Of a stretch of 44,324 nt of DNA, positions 11,088-22,811 are shown one piece after another. How positions within the stretch are numbered: position 1 is the stretch's first letter; every line of letters starts with the position of its first letter. Source of the DNA: Phoronis australis (Eukaryota > Animalia > Phoronida); assembly GCA_002633005.1 (NCBI GenBank), contig NMRA01000111.1, positions 875,152 through 919,475 of the forward strand, read 5' to 3'. The notes beneath the pieces are model-generated. The model was not told the DNA's origin. It saw only the letters and a list, made by a program, of their open reading frames with translations, and made no database searches. A program made the position numbers and the translations under genes.

Positions 11088-13750
11088 TTAAATATTATTG
11101 TTATTTAATTATGTTGAAAAATGTTACAAGTTCAAAGCACGATTACCGTTGTTACCTCTTTTCAAGTAATATTGCGATACATTGAAAGAGACGTAGAACG
11201 CGATAAAACAGATCTTTGCCACTGAAACAGAATTCAATCTGCTCACCACGTATTTTTACGGTTTTTTCGTAAAGATTCTAAACTTCTGTTGATGTCAAAG
11301 CATTTTTCTTTTACAAATTTCAGAAAACGATCTGTCGACTACTCTCCAATCGAATTTTCTAGCACATGGCAAAGCACGTCTCCTTATTTGGAATGACAAG
11401 ACAAACTGGGCGTAGCACATTTTCTATATGTGGAAAATGCGACCTTCGACCTTTGATGTAAACAAAACAATGGGGACTACAAGCAGCAGCCAGTGCGATT
11501 AAGAGACATTTGTTGTAAGTTCTAGCTGTTTGAAATAAGTTATAAATGTATATTCTTAAGTGCACTTGGAATTATTTTTTTTTTTGAAAATTGCTTGCCT
11601 CACTGGCACCAGTGGCGTTTTAAGTAGTTCTACGTAGAGGGTGCCAGGTGAGAAAATGTGCTCCCCAAACTCTGAAAAACAACCCTTACAATGACTTCAT
11701 GATCTGCGCAAACATGAATTCATTTGTGATTTTTGTGTAGTTGTTGTCGCCACAAATGCCATAGTATCTACAGTGCTATTTGTGGCATATTTTGAAAGTT
11801 GTCGGGTAATTTTGTTTAGCCAACATTTGCGTTGGTGGCTAATAAGTTACAAATAAAGAATGAAAGGAGTCAACACATTTTTTATTTTCCACGATAGTAG
11901 GAAAAGTACACATCAGCAGTGGTTCAATTTCAGTAATACGACCCTAATTTTGGCTGAACACAATTTACGAGCTTGTAAAATCCCATTTCCAGTACTTCGA
12001 AAACAACTCTACTGCGCATCCAAAGTTCTTCAGCGTCATAGTTTTTCGGACGCAACTTGTACCCGAACAGGGTCTCTCTCTTATCTATTTATGTGCCGCG
12101 CGCACGCATGGATTACCTAGGGTTCCAGGACGAATGCAATCTCCCAACTCAGACTCGAACTCGAGATGCAAAACAGCCAATTCGCTAACCACCGTGTTTC
12201 ATAGGGGGAATGAGAAACAACAGGTGTTGGGAGCAGTCACGTCGTTTTTGTCCGATTATCTTTTTTCGGGAACAGGGGAATGTTTCTCCAACTAGTACGG
12301 CTCCGTTTTCAAATTTTTATTTTTTGGGCACTATAAATATATTAATGTTGCCTTAATCGACGAGATTAAATGGACTAACGTGTCTCTCGACCTTGGCATA
12401 ACAGCGCAACATTACTGTTGCCTGTGACGTTATTGGATGCACCTGCATGTGCACGTATATCTATCGTTTCACATTTTTTATCATGTATACAGCTATGAGT
12501 TTCGATAGTAAATGATGACTCTAGTCTAGTCTTTGGTCGTATGTTTGTCACAGTCAAACATTATTTGACGTTTCGCTTTCTACCTTGTCAAGTACTTCAT
12601 CAACTTGCAATTCGCTGTCATTTTCACTTCACATGGGCGTAATGTTGCTTGGAGCATTTACAGTTTCTAACTGGGGCAGAGATCATTCAAGGAGTACAAT
12701 CTTTGTCACTGATGATTCCAGCAACAAAGTTTTGATAGTGCAAGTACATCGAATGACCTGTTAGTACCGTGGAGGTTGTCCTCGATACAGTTTGATGCAT
12801 CTAATATTTCAAGAGCCGTTATCTTGGCCCCAATCCTTTATTAGACGAAGCTGCTTATGCATCGCTATAGCTACTTTTAGAGTTTTTTCATAAAAGACTT
12901 ATTTTACACAATGAATTTACAAATACTTGAAAATGAAGAGAAAACATTCATACTCAAAATACTACACACGCACATGCGCACTTGTGGTGGGGGCACGGAA
13001 GACCTTAAGTGTTCTCGTAACTAGGTTTTTTCGACATGTTTTCCTGTCATAAGGACTAAAATTGCGAGATATGAAGATTCTGAAGCAGATTGAAATATTT
13101 TTATTCATGTTTTCAGCCAAGATGATACAATTTTGGTCTCCCGCATACCGAATTGTTTTCCACTATTTTTCAAATTTAATCCATCTCTTGGGTATTTGAC
13201 CCTTCTCTGTGAGCGAATAATTACCGGCTGTCATCGGATATTTCCGTACTCACATTTCCGGCTCATCAGTTCACGAACTTGTCTTGAACGCCGCCATTTT
13301 TTCCTTGTAACTGAATGTGCTATCGGTTGCTTGAAAAGTCTTCATTATTTTGTTTTATGAGTGATATCTTGTGATTTGTTTGCATATGTAGTGTATTTGT
13401 AGTTTGTAGTTAGTGGTCGTTGTTTTAATTGGAATGTTACGCGTACCTAGTATGCTAAAAAAGCATTGGTGTTTAGTTCTTTACGTAGGCCGGTCAAACC
13501 TAGGAACCAATATGGGTCGAACCAATTTTTTTCGTTTCTATTTCTTTCTCGTTTTGAAAAAGTACTTTGCTATCACTGGAAAGGTAGTGCATTCTAATCA
13601 TTAAAATCAAAAAAGTATCAAAATCAGACAATCAGTGTAAAGTTATTGCAAGTTTTGTGGCGAAATTTGGGCCACTTTGTTTGGATCGCGTCGGCCATAT
13701 TGTAGGACAGCGGGATAAGCTACGAGTTTAAAGTGTACGCAACATGACTC

Positions 13751-14610
13751 TAAGCAATGACCATCGCCTCTGTTGGCCCGAAGCAGAGGCGATGCAGAGG
13801 CTATAGGCGCTCTGTACGCCGGAAACTTTTCGGCGAATTATGCCTCGGTTGTCGATGTGTTTAATTCCTTCCAACTCGAACAAATACTCCCGTTATGAAA
13901 CTTTTTCTTCGAGCAGTCCCTATTTCAGTTCCCAAAATCGTGAAATCAACTTTTTCATTTTTTAACCAGGCCGAAGGTCAGAAGTTGCGGACCTACCGGC
14001 GAACTTTGAAAGCTGAAGTTCCCACCCTTCGCGTACCTGCTGCCGGGAACCAGCCGTGCATTTGCCGTGTTGTTAAACATTAAAATGTCAAATATGTGCA
14101 CAAAGACTATTAAATGTCATATCAACAGCATTTATTTTTATCAAATACAAACAATGATTCATTGAAATACAATCATTTTCAAGTAACGCCAATTAAAGAC
14201 AAGTATAAGTGGTGGCATTTTGGAAACGAACATTTGACTGACAAGACCGCAATGGCTCACCTTTGGCCTATTTAAAGATTGAGGTCATGAATTCATATCA
14301 CCTAGCGAGCGCGGTAAAAATTGGAGCGTGCGCAGTATAAAAATGGTGAGTTCACGATTTTGGGAACTGAAATAAGGACTGCTCGAAGACAAGTTTCATA
14401 ACGGGAGTATTTGTTCGAGTTGGAAGGAATTAAACACATCAACAACCTCCTAAGGTGTTCTTCTATGCGCAAAAGGTATTTATAACAACGTGACTTTGAT
14501 GGTTTAGTCGGTACGAGGCATAATTAGCCGAAAAGCTTCCGGCGTACAGAGCGCCTATAGCCTCTGCATCGCCTCTGCGTCGGGCCAACAGAGGCGATGG
14601 TCATTGCCTA
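13751..14610. mobile_element. Non-autonomous hAT-type foldback element
   Basis: Termini TAAGCAATG / CATTGCCTA; 8-bp TSD CATGACTC (13743-13750, 14611-14618); ~195-bp inverted arms; empty site visible at 41533-41540. Confidence 0.85.
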
Positions 14611-15511
14611 CATGACTCTAGTACCTCCAAATTTATTTTATTATTATATCTTTTTTGATTTCAGTGCCTTTAGTGCACAGCACATAAAGAAACACGTAAA
14701 AATTGAAAAAAAATAATTATGTACAACGTCATGGGTTGAACACAAGTCGTTCGGCACACTGTTCGGATCAGCAACTAAGTGTATAGAGTGAAGTGAAAGT
14801 AAAGTATATTTAGCGTCGAGAAGGTTCGTAGAGGGATGAAAAGATGTGTTTGCGGAGACTGCAGCAACAGCAGTCAGACGGAGAACGTCTCGGTGTTCCG
14901 CAGTAGTGGCATCGCTTCGTGCGCCGAACGAGAGTGTGGGACCTCAGCGTGGACCAAGCGATTCTGTCCGGAGCCACTCTGTGTTCTGCCCATTTGAGGA
15001 GTCGTGTTTCGACTCCAATCAGAGATGTTACGATGAAGGCCTGGTTCAATAAAGGACAATATTTACTATTCAGAAACATCGGCTCTTTATTCAGGATCGT
15101 CTGTTGGATGACTGGGTTGACTGGCCGAGCCCGAGGCCGCTTCTCTCGCGGGAGGATTCAGTTCGTAAGGCCTCAAAGTAGAAAAGTACGCAGCTGAAAA
15201 CATATCAAACTCGTTCTCGCTTTCGTGCAACCCCATTTCGTCATCCTGGTCACCATTCTCGTACGTTTCTTCATAGTATTTGTTCATTTCTTGCTCATAA
15301 TCGTTGTCGCTTTCAAATTNNNNNNNNNNNNNNNNNNNNNNNNNNNNNNNNNNNNNNNNNNNNNNNNNNNNNNNNNNNNNNNNNNNNAATAATTATGTAC
15401 AACGTCATGGGTTGAACCCAAGTCGTTCGGCACACTGTTCGGATCAGCAACTAAGTGTATAGAGTGAAGTGAAAGTAAAGTATATTTAGCGTCGAGAAGG
15501 TTCGTAGAGGG

Positions 15512-15749
15512 ATGAAAAGATGTGTTTGCGGAGGCTGCAGCAACAGCAGTCAGACGGAGAACGTCTCGGTGTTCCGAAGGACGCCAAAGTTGCGCAGTAG
15601 TGGCACCGCTTCGTGCGCCGAACGAGAGTGTAGGACCTCAGCGTGGACCAAGCGATTTTGTCCGGAGCCAGTCTGTGTTCTCCCCATTTGAGGAGTCGTG
15701 TTTCGACTCCAATCAGAGGAGATGTTACGATGAAGGCCTGGTTCAATAA
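15512..15749 (+). pseudogene. THAP-domain remnant (transposase N-terminus)
   Basis: C-x4-C...W...C-x2-H-F signature split across frames, with stops; also at 14836-15052 and ~42920-43159. Confidence 0.7.
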
Positions 15750-18032
15750 AGGACAATATTTACTATTCAGAAACATCGGCTCTTTATTCAGGATCGTCTG
15801 TTGGATGACTGGGTTGACTGGCCGAGCCCGCGAGGCCGCTTCTCTCTCGGGAGGATTCAGTTCGTAAGGCCTCAAAGTAGAAAAGTACGCAGCTGAAAAC
15901 ATATCAAACTCGTTCTCGCTTTCGTGCAACCCCATTTCGTCATCCTGGTCACCATTCTCGTACGTTTCTTCATAGTATTTGTTCATTTCTTGCTCATAAT
16001 CGTTGTCGCTTTCAAATTGCCTTCTCTCCGTCGTTGTTCAGTGCTAGTCGCTGATCTCTTGTGTTCAACCCATGATATCACATGGCGGGAAATGTGAAAA
16101 TTGGCAAAATTGAGAGAGAAATCAAAATTTCGAGCTAATGACACAAAAAATCTTGTATTTGGCTAAATTTTACGACATACTTTTAGTCTGTGGCCACCGG
16201 TAATTCGAAATGTGTAAAAATCCATGGTGTGTACTGTTTAGAACTTTGTGTAAATTGTTTTTGCCAACAAATTACGGTGAAATTTGGTTACACATATCTT
16301 TACTTACTATTCTGTAAGATTCAACAGTGTTCACCAAATTTCAGCCTCGCAGTTGTTACTCATTAAGTGATAAATGTGCTCACAATTCCCGTTGGACTTC
16401 GTCTCATATCTCGCGGCACCGACAACATGGCGACTTTTGCTGAACTGAAAGGCATGTTCAATCGGCTACTTTGCAATTTGTGAAGATTTAACGTTGATAC
16501 ATTTTGACAAACATTGCTACAAAAAAGGAACTTTGTTCAATTCTTGGTTTTTTGTGCAAAAATATAAGATATATTTGAATTATTTTACTGTGAATTTCCC
16601 ATTCAGGTGATCTTTCACTAAGCTAAAAAATAGTTGAAATAATTTTGAAATGGTTTTTTGTTTGACTATCAACTGCTGTTCAAGGCTTGATTCGGTATCA
16701 CAAAATGATTCATATTTTTCTAAATTTTAAGTCTCAATTGCTCTCAAGTCATGTTTTGTAACTTATTGCTTCTTAATTCAGGTTATCAAGTCAACAATAT
16801 GAATAATCTTAATTTGAGAAATAAGCTATGTTGGATTGTGAAGCTTCAAGCCTCTAACTCTTGTTCCTTGCAACTTCATATTTTTTTAATCATGCTTGTC
16901 AAGTTCTGGTGTAAAGAAACACTATTCCGTCACCATGGTAATAGTTACATGTATGTCCACTTTCATATCATGGAAACTGTTGCTGTTGAATAGTGTTTGT
17001 AATGCTAAATGTTGTAAAGTATTGTGCATTTTAGGTTACTTATTACAAAATTTAGCGTCTGCAATTCATAGCACTGAGCATACCCAGTGAATCTTATAGT
17101 AAAAGATAGACATTCCCAAAAATTCCAGCCCCCCATTCTGTTAGGCTTGGTGCGCTCATACAAAGTCTGGGCAAATCTGTAATGAAAGCGAACAACTTTG
17201 CACAGTTCGCCAGAAGTACCCAAGTTCTAAATAAACCTCGTCTGCGCGAGCGCTGTGGCCAGCGACCAGTTAGGCCTAAGGGTAGCCTTGGTGCAAAGAT
17301 GTATAAGCCTACTAACAAGCTGTATTTTGACGATAGTCTTCACTGGTAGCTGGCACTGAGGCTAACTAAGGTCTGCTGCGGCAGTGTGACACAGGACTAA
17401 CCAGCCCGTAGTTTCATGCAAGTGTCTGAAACTACTTTTGAATACATGCGGAATTTATGATTTGAACATTTTACTTCGACAAAACAGCTTGCAACCGCAT
17501 GCATTTACCGTTCGCCAGTGTCTGGTCCCGATCCGCACCGGGTCCGATAGGCTGCGGTCCCGAGTGTTGCAAAATAATTTGTCAAAATTTATTCGTCACA
17601 TTTCTTCAGCAAATTCGATAAAGTTGTCCGTATTTTGATTTTGTTAAGAATTAGGCGCGCTGTCGATTACTTTATCCCCATTTGCAGGCTGTGACAACAG
17701 GCACTGCTCCGGTCGCACTGTCGGTGTTTTCTCGGTATGGGTTCCTGAATGAATTGTCTTTCCGGGTTCACGGCAAGTTCAAAATGGCGGTGGTTCTTCG
17801 GGTGCGAATCGTGAGTGGCGCGTTCATTTAAACTTTTTTCGAGTACGTATTGTGTGTTATTTATGGGGTAGTTACTTCTTGGATCCTTATAACATCCTCT
17901 AACCATGTAATAAGGGTTAACAACGCGTACGACCAGGTCTTTAAAGTAAAATAAAATTTTAATGCTTAATGTGTTCAGCCTGAGCTTATTTTTGCGAATA
18001 ATGCATTTTTGAAACGCAAACGGTGTTTAATT

Positions 18033-18280
18033 TTTTATTGTTTTTTTTTAATTGCAGGCGGTCTTGTACACGTTGCACCAGACGTGCGCAGGTCTTGCAT
18101 GTGGGCCCTTTGAACTGATCACCTGGAAATATTTTTATGCTTTATTAATATATGGTTAAAACCGAGCTGAGAAGCTAGAAACCTGGCTCAAGGGTCTAGC
18201 AGTGTGTCCTGGTGGGACTCGAACCCAAGACCTCGAGTAAAGAAAGCGGGCACTTATCAACCAGGCCACACTGCCTCCTC
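18033..18280 (-). mobile_element. tRNA-derived SINE
   Basis: Minus strand has an A-box-like TGGCCTGGTTG and B box GGTTCGAGTCC, an A-rich tail, and a perfect 12-bp TSD CGGTGTTTAATT (18021-18032, 18281-18292). Confidence 0.85.
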
Positions 18281-18658
18281 CGGTGTTTAATTGTTTAATT
18301 GTTAAATATAACGCCCCTCGAGCTCTAGATTACGAGGGATAACGACTTTCGCCACGTAATAATCTATATGTAAGCCCATTGGACTGAGAGTTCTTTTCCA
18401 AATATAGATATTGTTTAAACCGGTTTTACACATGTCACTATAAAAATAAATTCATTCATTCATTCATGTATGAACTATGTCAATTTCCTGAATTTCAGGC
18501 AAATTATGAGCAAAGACAGAAGACACGTTTTAATACCTTTTTTAATAGTTACATTTCATTTTGAGTTCCGGCGAGCACGTTCCAGAAAAAATCTACTGAA
18601 ATTTATCATAGTTTTTACATGCTGTTGGCATTTCTACTAATAGTTGCTAGTGTTCTTT

Positions 18659-18765
18659 CATGGGCGACGCACCATAGGGGGCTTCAGGGGGCTTTAACCC
18701 CCACCTATTTCAGTGCTGCGCCGCCCATGGGCATGGGTGGCGCTCACCATAGGGGAATGGGGGTC
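18659..18765. mobile_element. Mini-MITE of the same family plus an adjacent partial copy, 3' of copy B
   Basis: CATGGGCGACGCA...TGCGCCGCCCATG (18659-18729) followed by a second CATGGG start; absent in copy A; another end at 43716-43740. Confidence 0.7.
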
Positions 18766-18928
18766 TATTGGAAATACACATATCTGACATCAATTTACTC
18801 AGGTATGGTACCTGTTTTCAGATACTGCATGTAATTCGTTTGTCAACAAGCAGCTTGGTCGCCTCGTCATGGCATCGACCTTCCTCTTGGTAGAGCATGG
18901 AATCTGCCAAACCTTTTTAACAATTTGA

Positions 18929-18985
18929 CTATTCCTTAACCTTCTCAAATATACCCGTTTCTTCCTCGCCCTCACATCGGTTTAT
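18929..18985 (-). CDS. FABP-like copy B, exon 4 (INRCEGEEETGIFEKVKE*)
   Basis: Acceptor ttacag|ATA, stop TAG 18931-18929. Confidence 0.82.
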   Translation of the reverse strand: MNRCEGEEETGIFEKVKE

Positions 18986-21900
18986 CTGTAACAAATTTTG
19001 AACATGACATTCACAGTCTTGACCGTGGGGCATTTACATTTTCATCTCAGTGATTACATGAAAATCGCCAAGCGGAATTAGGTACACAGATTTATCCCAT
19101 ACGCGTTGAATCAGTCGAGTGCAACATACGGCCATGTAATATTGCTTTCCGTATTCACCTCCCGCACTACTTCAAGAGTGACCTCTGACATGGAAAGTTC
19201 AAAAGGTAGGTCATGTCAACTCCACGTCGTTAGTTTAAAGCAATACAGTTGCAGCAGTATAAATAACACTCACATGCAATCAGGCCCTAAACGTAACATC
19301 TGATACAAAACTTTAATTATGTGATAGTTCTGTCTCAGTTTTCACTTCCTAAATATATCGTCTGCAATTCAGGCGCCGATTCCTGGGTAACAACAATATC
19401 AAATATTTTTGTTATTTAAGTATTTTGAGTAAATGATACCAGTTCAATGATTAATTACCACTGTTTTCCTCTTTGTTATCTCTTTTCAAGTAAGAGACCG
19501 TTACATTTAAAACCGCTTCTTTTACTAGAGATTACTTGTTACCAAACGCGCCAGTATCATATAGGCTGTGATCCCTACCGTGAACAGTCTGGGTGAATAA
19601 TTTAAAAAATCTGTCGAAAAAATGAAATAGAAATAGGAATTCGAAGCGTATTTCGGTCTCCATCGATGCTCTTTTTGCATTGGCCAACCTCTCAAATCGC
19701 TGGTGGTTTTGATCTTCGTGTTGGTAACAAAAATCAAGCTCTAACATGTTAAGGAATATTGCGAGACGGATTTCATGAGCTGAAGTGGCTTTAGGCTATG
19801 TAACGAACGAGCCCCCCATTTGGCGAAGTGGGAAAAAAGGTCCGCCTCAGAGAAACAAAAAGTCCAAGAAAACGAGACAAATGTCTACTAAAAAATCATG
19901 CACATTTCACAGCTCTGAAAGTACCCCGTTTTCTAGTGAAGAGGTCCACATTCTCAAAAATTCGAGTCACCCTATATTTTAGGCTGGTTACGCGCATGTT
20001 ACTGCATAACCTTAATTTGGCTGCTAACTGAAGAAACCCAGTTTTAAATACTGCACCGCATGCGTCTTTAAGTGAAGGCTGCAGTAGTAAATCGATATAT
20101 CGTCTGCTTGTCCACTTTGTGACGCATTTCGTCATATTTTCTTGAAATTGTTCAAAAACTCGCTCTTTATTTTTGTACAGCCAAAGACGGCTTTGCCTAA
20201 GATTACCATTTCTATACACTCTGGAAAATCCGTCGACTGTCGAACAACTTGCTTGACGACTTTTCCACTTGGCATTGTAAATTCGGCGTGCCACTCTCCG
20301 TCTTCGAACACGTGCGCACTCTGCAACAAAATATGCGAAATTTTAACGTTTGAAATTTAAAGTATCCATCGTTTGATATACTGCGGATTACATGGATTGC
20401 GCTCGACCATTTTCAAAAGTTTGAAACAAACATTTTTAGAGATGTGCTCATTGTGCATCCGCAGCCTTCAATTTAACACTGAACAGTTATAGATCCCGTA
20501 TATGTTCCAGAGAGGCAAGGGCCTCTTTTCACATAACTTATGTGGACGGAGGGTGCTCCGCATATTCAACACCTAGACCAACACAGTGCCTGGGCAGCCG
20601 GGAAAATGGATAGCCTTTGCAACATGCAGTACTAAATGAGAAACAAGCTCACCCGCCAGATGATACGCCCTACCGTTATCACAAAGCCGAAATACCAACT
20701 CGGCAATAAACAACACGTACAGAGATACAACATAGTCGAAATACACCGACAACAAATGATACTCGAGAAGACAAAATACGCACCTAACGATGCCTGATAA
20801 GGCAAAAGTCCCCCTGACAAATTCTCTAGAAGGCACAAACGAAGAGGCGTTCCTCTAGAGCACGAAACTCTTAACCAAAACGTTTGTTTATAAAAATCTC
20901 ATCGACAAAGGCAATTTTGTTGTAACTCACAGTTCGAAGATCTTGAGCGTCTTGATAAAGATTTATAATGTTACACTGAGCTTGACGGGTCTCTTCAATA
21001 TCAAAAAGATTCGTGTAAGGCATTGTCGAAGACAATGAAAACACTTTGTGTCTTGCCGCTGGTGAATGTCACAGGGTGCATGTCATAGGTCTTAAATGCC
21101 TTTACCGGGGTTTTCACGGGAAAGTGATAACCATTTCGTGTAACAACTATTGAACAAACATTACATGTTTAACGTACCTGCAAGGCTGGAATACCCTCAT
21201 CGGCATCTCCAGGTGTACTGTCGGTTGTGCGTTGATTCACATCCAACTTATACTCCAAGTCCCCGCTTGCTTTGCTCCTAAAAATGAATTTCATTTTGCC
21301 CCCTCCTAAGTCTTCGTAAATGACCCAAGTTGAGCTTTTCTTAAAAGTTGCGTCGACAGGGAAATCTGAAATGGTGATGATGATGATAACAATAATAGTA
21401 TGATGATGACACAACGTCGGTGACAACGGCGACGACAAAGAAGATGAGGATGACTGGTGTTTGCTTGAATTCAAAATTCGACTTGCATAAAATATAGAAT
21501 TTGGAATCATAATAAAATGCACCTTAAAATGTTGCATAGCGTCATGTACAAGGTACCTAAACTACACGGTTGACAGATTGCCAAACACGTAGTGTCGAAC
21601 GCAAAAACACGACTCACGTACCTGCAAACATCGTTCACTGACCCACGGAATCGGACTCACAAAAAACGATTCATTCAGCACCCAAAATACATTCACGTAG
21701 AAACACGGTACATGGACCGTCACACACGGTTTACGGATAAAATGTAGAAATTGGCTCTGACAACTGTGTAATAAGATTCGAGATTAAATATATTTTTTAT
21801 CATAATGTAATGTGATTTTATTGTTTTGGATTAGAAACATTAACATTATTTTTATTTAAACTGCTTATTTGTTCTACAAATATTGGCGTCCAAAATATTT

Positions 21901-22762
21901 TTGTAACATCAATTCTCAGTTTTGACTGTGAGAGCAGCGACTTTCGTTCTTTCTTCTCAAAATGCCTTGGATCGTTCAAACTCCGTAAAAAGAACCTCTG
22001 TTTCAATTCCCTTTCTGCGTAGTAATAATCATTATTTCGCCCTACTTACCCGGGAAGACGACGTGTCCGTGGCTGTGTATTTGGCATGCTTTATCGGAGT
22101 GAACCGTGTTTGGCGGTCCATGTGTCGTGTTTGTGAGTCTTTGGCCATGTATTTTGGGTGAAAGAATCGTGTTTTGAGAGTCCGGTTCCGTGTATGTGAA
22201 TCGTGTAAAATTGCGCCCGACACCGTGTTTAGCAGTCCGTTAACCGTGTAGTTTATGTACCTTGATACAAAAGAAAGAAAAAAATGAATTCTAGTTTCCA
22301 CAAATTGTCTCTGAGTGAGTAGTTTAGGTCCAGAAACTAAATATTTGTAGGCTACTTAGTTACAAATTTAGTCATATAGTGACATTACTTAATTCATCTA
22401 CAAAGTTAGTTGTTTAGGGATATAGTTAAATACATTATGCTACTTTAATTGCTTACAGTTAGTCGTACGTTCACTTACGCAGTAAGTCGTAATGTGACAT
22501 AACTTAGGCCATTTGCTTACAAAGTTATTGACCGTACAGTGACATAACTAAACACATGTTAGTCGTATAGTGACATTACTTGTACTACTTATAACGTTAG
22601 TCGTAAAGTGACACATGGGAGAACTTTTTTTCTTGAAATGTGGAAAAAATACAAAACACCCACGTCTACTGTACCTTGAACCTCGCTAAATTTTATGTCA
22701 TTTCCTGAGACCACATATTTCCATTTTCCAATAAAAACCTTAGCATCGACTGAGCTCCCCAT
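18929..22762 (-). CDS. FABP/iLBP-like gene, copy B; 4 coding exons 22762-22675, 21365-21178, 20320-20207, 18985-18929; 148 aa
   Basis: Spliced product MGSSVDAKVFIGKWKYVVSGNDIKFSEVQDFPVDATFKKSSTWVIYEDLGGGKMKFIFRSKASGDLEYKLDVNQRTTDSTPGDADEGIPALQSAHVFEDGEWHAEFTMPSGKVVKQVVRQSTDFPECIEMINRCEGEEETGIFEKVKE*. Intact frame, GT-AG introns, 31 of 148 residues differ from copy A by hand count. Confidence 0.8.
19792..19998. mobile_element. ~200-bp interspersed repeat (MITE-like) in intron 3 of copy B
   Basis: Similar to 24231-24431 (cgaacgagccc.cccatt.ggcgaagtggg.aaaaaggtccgc); terminal inverted repeats are weak. Confidence 0.55.
20207..20320 (-). CDS. FABP-like copy B, exon 3
   Basis: Acceptor ttgttgcag|, donor ATG|GTAATC; 114 nt as in copy A. 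Confidence 0.88.
21178..21365 (-). CDS. FABP-like copy B, exon 2
   Basis: Acceptor tttcag|AT, donor CAG|GTACGT; 188 nt as in copy A. Confidence 0.88.
21549..22264. mobile_element. MITE with long (~190 bp) diverged TIRs in intron 1 of copy B
   Basis: CAAGGTACCTAAACTACACGGTT / AACCGTGTAGTTTATGTACCTTG and further paired segments; absent in copy A. Confidence 0.75.
22350..22615. repeat. Homologous minisatellite in intron 1 of copy B
   Basis: Same ttagtcgtatagtgacat / gcttacaaagtt units. Confidence 0.7.
22675..22762 (-). CDS. FABP-like copy B, exon 1 (coding part)
   Basis: ATG at 22762, donor CAAG|GTACAG; one A/V change relative to copy A. Confidence 0.85.
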
Positions 22763-22811
22763 TCTCTAGTCTTGTCAGCAAAATGCAGCTTCTCTATGAT
22801 TTGCAGTCGGA

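Larger units (their letters stand above)
13732..16237 (+). mobile_element. Kolobok-type non-autonomous transposon (THAP remnant) with nested hAT
   Basis: Flanked by TTAA/TTAG; imperfect 15-bp TIRs AGTGTACGCAACATG / CATGGTGTGTACTGT; frameshifted THAP domain (MKRCVCGGCSN..FPKD..W..LCSxHFEESCF); second copy at 41522-43638. Confidence 0.75.

Noticed and set aside
12145-12200. Faint tRNA/SINE-like relic on the minus strand (similar one at 1860-1915)
   Set aside because: Too degenerate; no tail or TSD.
13004-13730. Possible further TTAA-element ends (ttaagtgttctcgtaactagg; ggccggtcaaacctagg) and repeat-like DNA out to ~17945
   Set aside because: No matching opposite terminus or second copy could be identified by eye.
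15486-15986. 166-aa minus-strand ORF as a host gene
   Set aside because: It joins the acidic remnant to the antisense of the THAP remnant; the frame is not preserved in the other two copies.
18200-18280. Possible tRNA gene
   Set aside because: Has A and B boxes but no convincing cloverleaf, and is part of a TSD-flanked SINE.
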